Positions 63,264 to 64,000 of a stretch of 64,000 nt of DNA are shown here, one piece after another; the stretch's first letter is position 1, and every line of letters starts with the position of its first letter. A model generated the notes under the pieces. It had not been told where the DNA came from. It saw nothing but the letters and a program-made list of their open reading frames with translations, and made no database searches. Position numbers and translations under genes: made by a program. This DNA is from Octopus sinensis (lineage: Eukaryota). The stretch lies in the NCBI RefSeq assembly GCF_006345805.1, contig NC_043017.1, positions 9,672,001-9,736,000 on the forward strand. Direction: 5' to 3'.

Positions 63264-63694
63264 ATTGCTTCCCCTCCTTGTAAGTCTTGTTATCTTCAAG
63301 CCACTTCCATCTTGGAATTCTTACATTTCTTCAAATTATAGAATTTGCATTTTGTTCTTTCCTTCTTTTTCTTTTTTCCCTCCCTTTTCTTTTTCTTTGC
63401 TTGCTCATTGCTAACAGAACTCGTGGAAGCAGAGCTTACTGATGTGTGGGCATATGCGTTTGCATGTATACCTGTTTCTATATGAATCTATGTCTGTCTG
63501 TGTGTGTGCGGTGTATTTGTACATATGTCTGTGTGTAAATGCAGGTCTGTCTATCTGCATGTATGTGTTTCTGTGTCCTATCGATGAATATCTTGTGCAT
63601 TCAAAGGGATTTTCAAAAATACCAGCTAGCTTTTACTAAACATGTTACCTCCGTGAAGCAGATGAACATAAGACTTGTTTCGTGCTTCCATACT

Positions 63695-63905
63695 CATCGT
63701 CATTTAATGTCCAGTGTCCATGCTGGCATGGGTTGGACAGTTTGACCGGGCTGACACGCTGGAAGGCTGCACCAGACTCCAGTCTGATTTGGCATGGTTT
63801 TCTACAGCTGGATCCCCTTCCTAACGCCAACCACTCCAAGAGTGTAATGAGTGCTTTTACATGCCACACGGCACAGGTGCCATTTGCGTGACACTGGTAT
63901 CTGCC
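63695..63905 (-). mobile_element. Family C (RTE-like) 3' end
   Basis: catcgtcatttaatgtcc...ggatcccttcctaacgccaaccactcc...gtgcttttacatgccac. Confidence 0.82.
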
Positions 63906-64000
63906 ACATTATTATTTTTGTTGCTATCTTTTCTCTTTCACTTGTTTCAGTCATTGGACTGCGACCATGCTGGGGCACCACCTCGAAGAATTTTTAGTAG

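Overview
AT-rich eukaryotic genomic DNA, mostly intronic or intergenic and saturated with microsatellites and short interspersed repeats. The SINE/LINE families look like those of octopus (cephalopod) genomes; this is recognition from memory, not a database result. Firm features: one intact tRNA-Glu(TTC) gene; a head-to-tail pair of non-autonomous Helitrons; two MITEs with GG-starting TIRs and perfect 8-bp TSDs (Merlin-like); a hAT-type MITE; many copies of several tRNA-derived SINE families (my labels A, B, D, E); 5'-truncated RTE-like LINE 3' ends (family C), from which a 29-bp x11 array and a 66-bp x~36 array have grown; a 1.17-kb tandem duplication; and several perfect or near-perfect foldbacks. 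Only one protein-coding exon is well supported (4008-4212, product unidentified); a few weaker exon candidates and a possible promoter near 19.8-20.4 kb are listed at low confidence. Almost all ORFs in the supplied track are artefacts of repeats. The most interesting signals are a decayed Penelope-type minimal hammerhead ribozyme (11923-11957), symmetric 'double-tailed' RTE insertions (24134-24748, 46931-47020), repeated use of the SINE-A internal (TA)n tract as an insertion landing pad, and LINE-3'UTR-derived satellites.
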